Below are positions 50,921-64,000 of a DNA stretch of 64,000 nucleotides, in pieces. Source of the DNA: Raillietiella orientalis (taxonomy: Eukaryota); NCBI GenBank assembly GCA_036172245.1, contig JAYWIR010000001.1, forward strand, positions 1,116,001 through 1,180,000, given 5' to 3'. The number at the start of each line of letters is the position of its first letter. Positions within the stretch are counted from its first letter, which is position 1. The notes beneath the pieces are model-generated. The model did no database searches. It had not been told where the DNA came from and saw nothing but the letters and a program-made list of their open reading frames with translations. Position numbers and translations under genes: made by a program.

Positions 50921-53900
50921 TGCTTTTAAAGCGATTTTTTATCCCACTTTCTCCCACAGGTGTCTTTTTTTTTTTCTTTACATCCAGCAATCACTATTTA
51001 GAAAATTATGTCTCAAGTCCATCCTTTACATTCATGTATTTATTTCATACATGCACCTACCGAATTAGATGGTAAATACATGAACTCACGCACACGCGTT
51101 CGTACCTGCACACGAGTGTACATACGCAAAATATGAACCGACAAACAACTCTTGTTATTACTTCACTCGTCCACTTACACTGAGAAATGCAATCGAGAAT
51201 TTGCAGCGACTGTTCGGTTTCGCTACATCTGAGTATCAGATCTGTTGATTCTCGTTTACGAGTGCATGAGAAAGAAATTCTCGTACGTAATGAAATGCAT
51301 TTCAGTGAGAGGTCGTGCTTACCATTAACCATTCTGAGTGATACCAAAAAAAATTCCATTTGCGGGTTTGCGTTTTTCCAAGATCATCCCATGATCGACG
51401 ATATCGCTCAAAACAACTGGGAGCCCTGGATACATGAATTTTATCAGTTTGAGTATTTTTATTCACCGGAAAAGCACCATCCTTTATAGAATCCCTTATC
51501 TTCGACCGCCGAATACCTGGTTCCTGAATGCGTTGCTGCCATTATCGTCATCAGAATCGAACACGGTCCTGGAAGCTGCACTCACCAAAGCCTTTCAGAT
51601 GCATCTAAGTTTAGAATTTGTAGCTTTCGTTTCCACTTTTGGTGAAGAAGATCTTCATTCAAAAAGTTAGTTGCTGCTGCTGCTTTTGCGCTATCTAGAA
51701 ATGTCGCTTTTAACCTTGAAAGTGGCCACAAAAGAGATCTACGAGTAATATATATGTATATATAGAGCTTACATTATTGTGTATTCGAGTACAACCCTCA
51801 CCTGTACAATCATAATCTATTGAGAATTTTCGTACGATTTCAATGCACGAAGGCATATTTATCATTTACATTCCTATAAACCCTCTCACGCAAATGCATC
51901 ATTCGGTGCTGCTCAACGGAACTGTCGATGCGTTGCTGCTAGAGGGAAAAATCTTCCTACTGCTGATGGGCGCACGTGCTTTGGATCCGAAGTTTTCCCT
52001 GTGCATTCAATCTCAGTTGCACACTTTCTTCTGTTCGCGGTCTCCTAGATAAAAATACTTTCTTCGTGATATCGGATCACATACGTCTACTTTTTATGTG
52101 CATCCGAGTGTCCTGTTTTCGAGTCATCGCCTCCAACTTTTCTCTGTGGGACCAGATCATCCGAAATATCGGACGAGCTGGAAACATCTATAGTAGGTCT
52201 TTTGTTTGCTATCTTGTCCCTCTCTCATGCAGCGCTATTCAACTCATTTACTCCATTTCCGTAACCATGATCGAAGAGTCATCCTTAACTTGTGCATTAG
52301 GTTCCCCCTCCCCCCCCCCATCCGCGTGAGAAGAACAATTCTTTTCCTTTTGGTCTCGTTGGCTCACAAACAGATTACTTCCTGACTAGCCCTTTACTGT
52401 ACCAGGCAGCATCCAAGTTCCATTTTTCCGAGGGGGGTTTCAGCTTTCAACGAAAGAAATCATGAACTTGTAAAGATGCCCAGTCGGTCTTCTTGCAATC
52501 ATTCACGATCGCTCCGAAAAAGATAAGCAGTCACGTTATGAGCTTCATCGGAACGTCGTGTGGCACCTCGGGCATTGGCTAGGAAATTGGATCACTTTGC
52601 CTAAGCAAGAAAGTACTCTTGATCTGGTACGAGAGACAGCCGAAGTCGCGCGGCAAGAAAAATCTCTTCGTGAGGAAGAGAACGAAAGCGCATTACTTTC
52701 CTGTTTCGACTGGCTTCATCGAAACACACACACACATGGATAATAGGCTCATCCAGCGTTTCTCAAACATGTTCCGCGGAAAGTCGTTGTTCGTGTGAAT
52801 TTTTAGTGTTCCGTGAAAAATTATGAAAATTTTACATAATTAAAATTTGGGAATAAGTGTTTGTTTTGTTTTCTTAACTCTTATACTTACTTCCTTGATT
52901 TATTCATTGTTAATATCTACCTACCCTATAAAATGACCAAGGTATTCCGTTGAAATTTCAGGACTTGTGAAGTGTTCCGTCATGGGAACAGTTTGAGAGA
53001 CGCTGGACGAATCCATCTGTGCGCGAAAACCAGCAAAACGTAGGCTGAACGAAGCACAGGCTTTCGTGTAGTACATAATTTGCCCTCCAAGAATTTGCGC
53101 CTCAACTACCTATTATAGCCGGGGTGCAAGCAAATTTGCATCAGCTTCTCATTCACCGAATTTTCTGGATACACACACGCAGGAACGACCATGAAAATTC
53201 CAGCTTACACGAATGGTTTGGATCTCTCTCGGATTGAGATGAGCGAATGAAATGGGCTTCCACCGAGTAGTCGCAGATTTTCCCTTTGTCAACCACGGCT
53301 CCGAGAACCGCGTGCTGGTAGGGACGCTGAAAGGAGTCATTTTTCCTCTTTTCGGAAGAGAAATTTAGCGAACCGACGAGTCTTCACGATTCTTGCCTCG
53401 TACCAGACTTCGGGAAGTCCAGAAGTCCGAAAGGTAATTACCACGGACATATTTACACTCCGTTTTCCTAAAAACGGTCGCACCGTTTCTACGAAGAACC
53501 ATCTTTCAAAAACTCACGTATGTACGAATGAAAAAAAAAAAAAACTTTTTTCCCTCATTCCTGCCTCCAATTTTATTTTCTTCGAACCGAGCACCGCGTG
53601 CTTATGTCCTGGATGTTCATCAGGTGTCTTGAGGGGGCTGGAAATCTCTTCCTGAACGCGGACAGAAATCCCAAATGGAAGTTGTCGGATAGGGTCAAAT
53701 ATGACACCCCCCACATAATCGGAACGAGATCGGCTGATGGAAGTTTTGCTCGTTGGAGCGAACGCTTCCAGATTCGCTCTCGTGTTGTTTCAACACGCTT
53801 GAAAAGTGGTTCCGTTTACCCAGGAGAAAAATGCTTTTTTCGCGTTTGGGACTACAGCATCTCGAATGCTCTCTTTCTATCTGGAGAATTTTTGTCGTGC

Positions 53901-56900
53901 GTGCAATTTTGGTGACTGCTGGCATGGGGAGGGCTTCGTACGCTTATCGTAGCATATACGATACTGTATACACTGTTTACCCATGACCTTCATATCTGAA
54001 GAGCGATAATTGTCTGCAAGCGGCAGCGTAGTATTTCACTGGTTTCACTGAGGACGTGCACTCGTTATCTGCATTTTCCACGCACTTTTTTCAACTGACT
54101 ACGACACCACCACGGTTCCCTCAGTTGGCAGTGTTCTACGTCGCTTGGAATTTTCCTTTTCCTATTTTCGCGCTAACACTTGTGTTCCGGCTTGCAGAGG
54201 AAGTTCAAAAAGGATCAAAGACATCACGTCGGCGGCTCGTGTTCGGCTTCGTTACGTAAACGAAAATGCTTGGATCCTTGCGCATCGCGCTTTGCAAACT
54301 TCGTCCAGCATCCTCCCTGCCAGTTAAAATGGCATCGAGGACGGGATGGGACGTGGCGTCCATCCCGGAAGTTTCCGAATCGGACCCCGGCATAGCTGCG
54401 TGCAGACTTCCATCGAAAGGATCAGACGGTGCCTCGAGCGATGACGATCTTTTTGTGCATGTTCAGTTTTTTTTTTTCCCCCCCCTCCCTCAAAATCTGG
54501 AGGGTTGCGTTCCGGGAACTCCTATTCTGATTCCTCACCTATAGGTCACGAAGATTTCGATTCGTCCTAGAGTTCGAGCTGCTCTGCAGGGAATTTTGTT
54601 TGTTCTTTTTGCTCCTATCTTTCCAGAAAGGTGCTGGTGTATCTGAAAGTGGCAAACCTTATGTGAACCGTGGCGTCTGTTTCCCGTCCCGCAGTGGGCG
54701 CAGGCACTGTCCATCGCGTTTTGCCTGCGTGAATTCGATTTCCCCTCCAAGAGATGTTCCTTCGAAGCACCAGCCTTTGTTTCCCCATAGCGAGAATCCG
54801 TGTTCAGAGCGCGGGAGCGTTTCCTCTCCCTCTTTTGTTTTTCGGTCGAATCGCCGCTGAATGCATTCATGAAGGAATCGGATGAGTTGGTTCCGAAATT
54901 TTTCCACTCCCCCTTCCCCTCCTCCTTCCCCCAAAGCTGCAGCTCATTCTCCGAGGAAGCAGCGATTTTTTAAAATTGCTGATTTGAAATTTCCGTCTGC
55001 TTTCCTGGTCTTTCCTGAGCTTTCTCTAAATGCATTTAAAGAACAGAGTGTTGCAGAGTTTGGTGGTGATGGGAAATTGCTGATGGGACGACAGGTTTTG
55101 CATTTTCGTGACTGCAGGTCATGGGGAATTCAAATTTTCTTCTTCTTTTTCTCTTCCAGTGCCTGGATTCGTTTCCAGAATGAAATTCGTAGCTAAGGCA
55201 AGCAGAAAGAAGGCTGATTTTCTATACCTGGCAGAGAAGAATGCCCTTTTCCCTCCTTTGCTGATGAGGGACGTCAGGTGGTTTTTTGCTTTCCATACCT
55301 AACGGGGTTCATTTTATTTAATTTTAAACCTGAATTCTTGATTTCGCAATTTTCAGTTTCATAGCAGAGAAAAAAAAAAGAAAAGAAAAGAAAGCCAGGC
55401 TGTCATCGACCCATTGATTCGAATTGATTCTTCTTCCTCAGACCAGAAGACAATGATGACTTACGATCCTTGTTAGACAGCTTATCAGCCGAGCAAATGT
55501 CCCAGCTCTACGGCGAATACGCCATAGCGGAGCTCTCCCTCTACTCTCACTCCAATGCTCACTTCATTGCCGCCGTGGTACGTGTCCCCTACCCCCTCTC
55601 GCTCCGTCAAGAACGAGCATCTGTCTGTTCATGCAGCATCAGGGAAAGGCCGTCGGGATGATCCACGTTTCCTCGCTCGTCAATTACGAGCTGCTGAGCG
55701 AAAACTTCGAGACGAATGCCTTCGACGGGTTCCGAACCAGGAAGCAGGAACTGTACGATGGGAGGGCGCGCCTTCCTCGCTTCCCACGCTCGTTTCCCGC
55801 GCTTCCGCGTTCTCGTCGAGAGAGCGTTTGGCTCAGGCTGTGCGAGCTGTCGATGAGGTCTTGCACTGCTTTACATGTTATATTTGTCCTTCCGTTTTCC
55901 GTCGCCAGTTGACCCTTCCGCTTCTATTCTAACCAAGTCGCAATTTCAATCTGCTCTGAGCTCTTCAGCATCCTGCTGATGGACTTGCAAACACTTTGAT
56001 TTCTATTTTTTCATCGCCGGTGGTTCTCCTTTACCACCGCATGCCGAGAGGAATTTTAATTGAAAACAAAAAAAAAAAAGGCGCCGGGATGGAGGATCCC
56101 GTTCGCTGGAGCCAGCGAGGGGGAACACACGCGTCAGGGGCATGCTTTTCCAGGAAACCCGAGATGCCGTCTGTGCACAACCTGGATCTGTCCGGATTCG
56201 GTCCTTTGGAATCTTCCACGGAACTGCTGACCTTCCCGAAAATATCGGGGCGCAAATCCAGGAGGATTTCCACCACGACGAAGGAGTCCCTCCGAAAGTC
56301 CAAGGCCAAGCTCGAGGAAGGTAACGGGAATGTCTCTCTGTCTGGCGTTAATTTCGTGCCGACCACGAGCGGAATCGCGTCAGGACGGGAACATCCTTCC
56401 CGAACATCACGTGTTTTTTTTTTTTTTTCATTTTCACTTTCGCCCAGTTTCAAAGTCTCCTTTTGCACGTGTCCGGTCTTCAGTGCTTCCGCGCATGTCA
56501 GCCGTGAAGTCAGGCAGCGAAAGAGGTGCGGTCGCTCACGAGACTGCATCTGCCAAACATAAAGGATGCGAAGAAAAGAAGATGCAAGTAAACATGGCGA
56601 GACCGCGACAAACTGCCCACGTGACTGTGACTGCAATGCACTCACCGCTGTGGTCCTCCTCGTGTCGAAAGGAAGAAGGGAGGCTGCAGCACACGACCCG
56701 CGTCGGCGAGCGGCCGTGAGGTGCTGCGGCCTCCGCGCGCGGTGCCACGCGTTGTGGGTTCGAATTCCGCCCGAATAAGAGTTGTCGATGCCGAGAACGT
56801 GTGTACGTGTCGTGGATTTCGCTGACTGTCCCCGGCTGGCTGCGGGAGCACTCTGGAGGAAAGCGGATGACCCCTTCGACTGGCCGGAATTGGAATTCGA

Positions 56901-59900
56901 CCTCTGGGGTCATTACAAGAATCAAGGACGCCTTCGGTCCCTTCCGATTTTGAGGATGGAGCTGGTGGACTGGTACCTCTCCAGAGTGAAAGGAAGAGCA
57001 TTGCTCCCTTCGGGCTTCTCTTCAGAGGAGGAAACCAAGGAGCGATTCCCTTGAGGGTTCCTTCCAGAGAAGTTTCAGGAGCGGATCATTTCCGAGTTTC
57101 CTCCGAAGACAACTAGGGCGAGGGTTCCATCCCAAGCGTAAGAGAAGAAGCGGACTCCTTCCTCAGGAGCATTTTTGGATTCACAGGGTGGTTCTCTCCT
57201 CCCGGGGCACCACTATAACTTGAAGAGCGGGCGCGCACCCCAGAGTGGCGCGGACTGCGCTTCAAGAGTTTCGTAATTCCCCTGCCCTGAGGAGGCGAAC
57301 TGAGGTTCTCCAGTACTCCTCGAGAACCAAAAGAAGAAGAAGAATAAGATGGCGAGAAGCATCCATCTGAGATTCAGTGGGCAATGAAAGGTTCTGTAAG
57401 CGTACGTCTGGGTGCACAGACAGATCAGGAGGTTCAGCTGCACCTTTCATGGAGGATGGCGATGCTGTGCAAACAATCACCAAAGCGTGGATGCGGATCG
57501 CTGAAGTCAGAGTCAAGTGGCAAAGATCAGGAGTGCTTTCCGACCTCAGGATCATCCGTGCTTGGTTCCTTTTTCCTTTTCTTCTTGTGCAATGGGAGCC
57601 TTTCGATGTTGGAGCTCTCGGAAGTCAGCAATGATCCAGACTTTTTTCGATGCAAAGGTCAAAAGAGCAAAATACCCATCAAGGGTCGCACTTGAAAATG
57701 AAAAACAAAAAAACAAGGATATGCACATTCAGAGATGGAATCGGCCATCGGCAATTTCCCCTTCCGGTTCAGTGAAAGGTCGCCAAAACCAAGAAGGAAA
57801 ACGAACGGATGCGTTCAAGAACCGCGCTTCCCGGCCAAGGTGTCGGATGCGTCTGTCCCTCAGAGGGACTCGCCCTTTGCGTGGGGCTTGGACCGCGGAG
57901 GGAATTCCAGGAGTATCCACTCGCCGCGCGTCTGTCTTCCCAGAAGAGAACGCGGAACCCAGGACCAGCCTCACTGGGGTACGGAAGTTCTCCCTTTCCC
58001 ACCGCCAGGTGGACACGACCCGCAGGCGCAAGCAGTCCGAGCGGCACCCGCGGAGGTTTCCCGTCCTCCCGAAGCCGCCGGAGTATCAGAGTAGAGAGCA
58101 TTCCGGCAGCCCCAACGCGTTTTACTTGAGCCTGTTTTGCATGAAGGACGACTTCCTGCCCAGGTAGGAGGGAGGACGACATCACTCTGAGGCCTGACCG
58201 AGCTGACCTTTCCAGGTGCGGGGATCTGCTGAAAGAAGCCTTCCGCAGGTATCCCAACCTGGATTACTGCCTCGTTTCGTTCCCTCACGACGTCCAGGAG
58301 TTCACACTCCTATCCCATTTCACGGTACCAGTCCTCGGTTGACTCTTGCTCGTTCCCTCGTGACCGACAGACGGCGCTTGGCGCCCGCAGGCGCGCACGC
58401 GCGGGAGGAGAGAGGAGTAAAGAGGAGTAAAGAGGGAGAGTTAAAAGAAAAGAAAAAAAAAAAAGAAAACCTGTATCCCGTGAGAGTCCTATTTTCGGTG
58501 CTGCTAGGCGCCTACTTCGCAGAATCAAAAAGTCGAGTCCAAGAACGCGAAGAGACATTAACGAAGCCTCGCTTCCTGGTCGGGCCTTCCGGTTCTTGGG
58601 GGTTCTCGGCCGAGAGTTTTTAGGACCTTTCGCTCCTACTTATTCCTCGTAGAGGGAAGATCGCGCCAATAGGGAACGAATAGAGCGAGCGCTGCGTGCC
58701 CATCATCTGACGAAGATGGCGTCCTCTCCATGGCCAGCGGCTTTCTTCTTCGCCTGCGCGGCAAAGACCAAGATGAGCGCAGCGTTCAGGCACGGGAGTA
58801 GGTGATCCGATCGAGGGTCCATTTCCCTCGCTTCGAGACTAAGGTTCCTGCTTGGCTACTCGATCCACGAGTCCCCCCATCCTGATGGATGGGAGCGCGG
58901 AGTGTTCAGAAAACACGCGAACGACCGCTGGGGGAAAAAAATGAAATAATAAAACAAACTACTGGAAACGGGAGAGAGAAACACTTCTCTCTCTCCCCCC
59001 TCCTGGGATGCTGGCTTTCTAGTGCCCACCGAAATCTCCTTCTCCCCCTCCCCTCCCCGTGGACCGACCTTCCCTTCCTCCTCCTCTTTTCCTCCTCTTC
59101 CGTTCCCTCTGCTTCTCTTCCTCCTCCTGCGGTGATCCGTGGGAAAGCAGAGAACTCGTCTCCTTCAGAGTCGAGAGGAGTGGGATCGGTTCAACGTAAT
59201 AAAATTGAGGTGGTGGTGGAGTGAAGGTGCCAGATTGTAACGACGAGAACGGCATTGTATTTCAGAGAGTACCGGATTTGCCGCAATCGACGTTCCCGCA
59301 TGAGCTTTACGTTTGTACGAGGCAAAGTTTATTCGGGTAAGAAAAAACAACTCCCCCCTCTCCCCCCCCCCCCCCCAAAAAAAAATGAATGATCCATTTG
59401 CTGAATAAGTGTGGAATTGCAATGATTACTAAAGGTCAATCACTATGACCAAGTGACTATTAAGTATCATGTTTCGAAAATTATCCCTCCAGGGCATAGG
59501 CAAAGCGAAGCCGAATCGATTTGAAGTTTATCTGGAGCCCTTGGAAAAAAAGTCAACTCGCCAAGGGCTCTCTTGCGACGCGTCCGCAAACTCATCCAGA
59601 GGTTTCGCAGTTTGCTGCCGACCTTTTTCGGAACGTAATCCCCAGGGCGGCGGCACCTTTCAAAGAACTCTGCGGCTCCCCCAGTGGTGGTGGATGTCCT
59701 CCTGAAACGTCCTTCGCCTTCCTCCCCCTTCCCGTAAACTGCTCCCGGTTGCCTGCTGGAAGGGCAAACGGACCGACGCGATTCCTTGCTATCCGCGCAG
59801 TGGTCTCAAGAAAGCGGAAACTCGGCGGGATGGGGGCCGTCTTCCCGTCCTCCTTCTCCGTCCTTTTACACCTGGAGCGAGTGAGCGGCGGTTACTTGGT

Positions 59901-62900
59901 CCAGTGACGCCTGCGCGATTCGCGATGCGGGGGCTGCTGACTGACGTTTGCCGTTTTCTCGGTGTACGATAGAGGGGTACAGAGTCGGGTTCGACTCCAC
60001 GCGACCGATCTGGCGAGCTTCCAGGACCAGTCCGGATGGGAGCGACTTCCCCGGTCATCCTCAAAACGCCTCGCCGCCTGCCGTGGTGAGAGTCGGTGGC
60101 GCACGTCGGGGTTTCGTCTCTTCGTGATGTTGACGCAGTGAATTGCGTGGCTCAGCTGTAAGCTGTACATTCTGCTGCATACCCATTAAAACAGATTCCT
60201 TCCTCCCTCCTCACACACCCCTTCCAAAAAAAAAGAATCCATCTATTTCCATGTCTGCTTGGGAACCATCGGTTCTCAAAAATATTCTTCCTATTTTGTT
60301 TTGTTTGGTTGTTTTTTTTTTTTTCTTTTGGGGGGGGGGGGGACCATTTCGAAACAATATCCCCATTTGGAGACATCATTTCGGCGCTTGTGCTGTCACA
60401 AGTGGAAGGTGAGCTCCATCCATGTTCCGGGACAATGGAGCGGATCGCTGGTGAGGGGAGAGGAATCGCTCTCCTTGCAGCTATGACCAACCAGTTACGG
60501 GATGCAAAGTACTGCATGGCACCTCGGTACTGGACGGTGCCTGAACTCGTCAAACTCGGTACTCGTCGCATGCATGATTTCCGTATATCGAAATGGATTA
60601 TAATGCATGAATGGGATAATGGCAATAATTTTAGCTTTCGGATTCTTCCCTTCTGCATTCCAACAATCCAGAAGTCTAAAATCATTCTAAAAGATACAAG
60701 GATGGCGCTATTAAGACGATTCGAAGCACCGTTTTACTGACACGAGAGTCGTGAATGCTTGCCCCTCTTTCCGCGCTAGAAACTTCCGGGTCGAGAGGAC
60801 GAGGGCCGGTGATGCGGAGGACATTTATTCCCTGACGAAGAACATGAAAAACAACCAACAGCTCATGGAGCAGCTCGATAAGTCCCTGGAAAATGCCCAT
60901 GAAGTCGTGTTTTACCCTCGGGAAGACAGTGAAGTTCCGGTCCTCTACAGCTACTCCCTGATGTGCGATGAAAGGATCTGCGGGTTCGCCATAATCAGGT
61001 TTGGCTTTGGTCCGCTGATCGAGGGAAAAAAAATCTGCAACCGTCACTCTGACGACTAGGAAAGAGGACGACATGGATTACCTACGGTCCCACTACAGCG
61101 TGGACGAGACCCTCGCATTCGACTTCCATCCGAGCTACGCGTTCGGCCGGATCCAGCACTTCCTCATCGATCCCCTGGTCAGGAATCGGACTCCTTTTTT
61201 CCTGAGTGAGCTCCTGCGCCAAAGTCATATGACGCAGCTCTACTGGCGCTTGTACAGTCACAAACGGAAGGTGAGCTCCATCCATGTTCCGGGACAATGG
61301 AGCGGGTCGCTGGTGTGGAGAGAGGAATCGATCTCTTTGCAGCTATGACCAACCACTTACGGGATGCAAAGTACTGCGTTGCACCTCGGTACTCGACGGT
61401 GTCGGAACTCGTCAAACTCGGTACTCGTCGCATTTTGATGAGAAAAAAAAAAAAGTTTCGACACTCGGCTCATGCTCGAAACTCGACGCCCCACTCATGA
61501 TGAAACGAGTGAACGCTTTCGTCTCATGGTAGCTCGCGAATAGTGCCGAACACTTCCATAGAGTGCCTCCCGGATCGTTCCTTTTTTGTGTGCTTTCTAT
61601 GCATTTTAAGAGTTATTCGTGGATCTTAAAGTGGTTAAAAATAAAACCACGGAGCCTAAAAAGGGACCCGTTCGGTACTCGTTGGTTTCGGCACTCGTCA
61701 CGAGTTCCAGAACGAATTACCGACGAGCACCGATGTACCACTGTATCTGAGCTCAAAGTCGTGTGGGTCGAGATAGCGGAACGACCAGACTGGGAGAAGG
61801 GCATTTTCGTTCCCCGCTGACCTTTTCTGCCTTTTCCCTTAAATGCTTGCCGCGCGTGGCTCGTTAGGTTCTGGCTGACCCACAGATTGCGATGCTTTTG
61901 TTGCGTGCAATGATTCGCGGGCAGTCCGTGTCAAAACGGCAGGGCGGGGACATGCACCTTTAGCTACGGCATTCCGTCTTCGGGAACAGAGGAGAGCGCC
62001 ATTTCACAGCATCCCAAACTTCGCCTAAAATTAATTGCCGCGAAAGACTCCGTCCACCGCGTCCGATGGACGTTCGATTTGCTGCTTCGAGCCCGGGAGG
62101 ATTCGCGGTGCAAACCATCAGCTCATCTGATTTTACACCGAGGCAGGACCTTCGCGCCTGCATCCCTCGAGCCAGTCTTCCGAGTTTTCTAGCCGCGAGA
62201 CGTTCGGAGGGAAGGCCCTGTGCTCGTGGTGGCAGCAGCAGCTTCTTGAAACGTTCTTTCGTCCTTTCGCAGCAGAACTCGGGCGCGACCAGTTTTTTTT
62301 CCAACTGAGTGTGCACGGCCGGAAAAAAACAATAATTACTATCATAATCGTAATAATAAGGACAGCATTAAAAATGTGCTTTGTCGTCCTGATTAAAGCT
62401 TTGCTACACGAGTGCCTGGCCACAGAGTAAATCACGCTGTTTTTCTCCTCCTTGCGAGCGCAACCACGGAAGACCATGTCTTTTATTGGTCGATTCACAT
62501 TTCATTGAAGATTTAGTATCTGCTGGGTGCACAAAACAAACAGCGAGCTTTGAAATCTCAGCTTTTCCTTCAGAGATAACATCGTGGCTGAACAGCGCGA
62601 AGGGCGAATACCAGGCAGTTTCTGGTTACACTTTTACAAACAAAACCAAAACACAAAACACACACACACAATTTGAGAAGGAGAAAAGGAAAGCTTATCT
62701 GCTTGTTATCTAAATTGAGCGGGGGAATTTTTACTCCCGCTCTGACCAGCACGTACGCACACAAGGTTATGTAATGCATATAGTAGAAAGCAAACAGTCC
62801 ATCTACTGACGAGAGAGCCTTCCCGGCAACCTGTACGTTGGTTACAGGGAAGCAGTCCTTCCATGTCTACCAACCGCTGAAAGAAACACTCGAATTTTGG

Positions 62901-62937
62901 CTCTGCCTTCCCCGGGAGCCAACCTGGCTCTTTCCGG
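47363..62937 (+). CDS. CFAP61: Cilia- and flagella-associated protein 61, 5' part (continues beyond window)
   Basis: Exons ~47363-47538, 51306-51446, 51490-51665, 55160-55277, 55442-55577, 55637-~55857, 56154-56320, 57944-58163, 58216-58324, 59266-59336, 60780-60998, 61060-61270, ~62850-62937. Motifs RPEDNDDL, YGEYAIAEL, GKAVGM, NAFYLSLFCM, DYLRSHYSV, FFLSELLR are collinear with the known CFAP61 N-terminal region. Confidence 0.85.
48400..50750 (-). mobile_element. Probable decayed BEL/Pao pol fragment in CFAP61 intron 1
   Basis: Degenerate DI..KAF (~49570-49555) and QMPPFQLLRFL (RT PFG..SPFLL region); otherwise stop-riddled. Confidence 0.3.
52754..53005. mobile_element. hAT (Charlie-like) MITE
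   Basis: TIRs CAGCGTTTCTCAAAC / GTTTGAGAGACGCTG, internal repeated TGTTCCG motifs, and flanking 8-mers GGCTCATC / GACGAATC (5/8 match, decayed TSD). Confidence 0.75.
56685..56820 (+). mobile_element. tRNA-derived SINE-like repeat, copy C
   Basis: TGCAGCACACGACCCG...GCTGCGGCCTCC...GGGTTCGAATTCC...TCGATGCCGAGAAC...GATTTC aligns with 9425-9560. Confidence 0.6.
56818..57260 (+). mobile_element. Possible LINE ORF2 C-terminal fragment
   Basis: FADCPRL...LWRK resembles the sequence following the H.F.DC zinc finger of L1/Tx1 ORF2. Confidence 0.3.
60383..60571 (+). repeat. 189-bp duplicate of 61245-61433 (CFAP61 exon end, donor, intron start, MITE left end)
   Basis: GGCGCTTGT...GGAAGGTGAGCTCCATCCATGTTCCGGGACAATGGAGCGG...AAACTCGGTACTCGTCGCAT occurs at both places with scattered substitutions. 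Confidence 0.95.
61374..61743. mobile_element. pogo/Tigger-like (Tc1-mariner superfamily) MITE
   Basis: Left CTGCGTTGCACCTCGGTACTCGACGGT versus right-end reverse complement CAGTGGTACATCGGTGCTCGTCGGT, with TA on both sides (61372-73, 61744-45). Confidence 0.75.
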
Positions 62938-63389
62938 TTTGCAGGCGAGGAGCCGCGGTTGCTAACGCATCCGATCATGCGCCGCGATATATGCGACGAC
63001 TCCGGGAGAGTGGATCGTGTGTTTCTCAAAGGCTTCCCCTGGGTGGCCTCCTAATAAGCAGCCGATGCGAATGCGACTCAGGTTGTTCCGTTCCGCTACA
63101 ATGAAATTTTGGGAATAGAAAGAATAGACTTGCACCTGACGTTTCTATTCATGAATATATTTGGAGAGAGAGAAGAGGGAGAAAAGACTGATTCGACCCG
63201 GTTCTCGAGTAGATCTCGAGCTTAAGAAAAATGAAACAAATCTCGGCTGCATTTTCAGGGGGTCTGCGACCCCGGCAGCGCAGCTCGGTAAGCGGATTGA
63301 AGAAATGGCGGTAAAAGTTTTCGGGACGAGAACGGTGTCCCTTTCGAAAACAACAGCAGCAGCAAATAAGCAAGGTGGTAACGGAAAGA

Positions 63390-64000
63390 GACCAAAAAAG
63401 CCTCAACGCGTGTTGAGAAACTGCGAACAATTTTTCTTCCCCTCATTAGAATGCCTCTCCCCCCCCCCCCCCCAATTGACGGAAAAGTCGAAGACTTGCG
63501 AAGAGATGCGTTATCAACGCAGATATAAAAATGACAGTCGATACCTGATGTCGTAACGCTTTTGCCACGTTCTCGCTTTGCATCATCTTCTCGAGATAAA
63601 AGAATTCTCAACTCTGACATTTCTGTCCAATAAAATCTTTCCACTTTGAATGCAACCACGAAATCGAAAAAGGGAAAAGAGATTCCGTGGTAAAATGGCT
63701 CTGGATTCCGATTTTACATCTATTTAGGCTGATGGGCTTCACGAACTAGTTTATGTATTTGTGATGTACCTAAATGGCAAAGAAGACTCCTTTTCACGAC
63801 TTCCACTACGTCTCAAACAGCTGCAGGGAAGTTGAGCTAGTGAATGTCCTGGGCCCTTCGAAGAACGGAAGATCATTTGAAATCGGAACCTTGTCTGTTT
63901 TGATGATCCCGGACAACAAATGGCCCGAGGGCATGCATCTCACTCCGACCTTCACTTCTGGTTGGTTTGCGGTCAAATGAAATCCTGCGGCAGCGATCCG
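63390..64000 (-). mobile_element. Probable BEL/Pao integrase C-terminal remnant
   Basis: Minus-strand VVEVVKRSL (ER.V..VKR.L) followed by RFYWTEMSEL (FW..W..EY). Confidence 0.35.

Noticed and set aside
61297..61500. ORF ...YSTVSELVKLGTRRIL as a next or mutually exclusive CFAP61 exon (with 60434-60570)
   Set aside because: It runs into a pogo-like MITE TIR and the splice phase does not fit; ~62850-62937 matches the expected sequence better.
1..64000. CRISPR array, operons or other prokaryotic defence systems
   Set aside because: No regularly spaced repeats or prokaryotic gene structure; all genes are spliceosomal-intron eukaryotic genes.

Overview
Eukaryotic (animal, most likely arthropod) genomic DNA, not prokaryotic. 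It has three zones. (1) ~1-18.7 kb is a nested transposon graveyard: a decayed minus-strand BEL/Pao LTR element split by a 5'-truncated NeSL/Utopia-type RLE retrotransposon (flanked by a 74-bp direct repeat), many L1/Tx1-like LINE pieces, tRNA-like SINEs, AT-rich MITEs and a young ~180-bp fold-back inverted repeat. (2) ~19-45 kb is AT-rich, CpG-poor and holds four intact spliced housekeeping genes: UBE2T (-), RpL32 (-, with a GC-AG intron), CIR1 (+) and NOP58 (+, with an extended repeated poly-lysine tail). (3) ~47-64 kb is the 5' part of a divergent CFAP61 motile-cilia gene (+), running past the window edge, with TE-filled introns and a local 189-bp duplication of a splice donor plus a MITE end. 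Exon boundaries were read by hand from GT/AG sites and frame continuity. TE calls rest on degenerate motifs and are less certain. I found no convincing wholly new biological system; the best leads are listed as findings.
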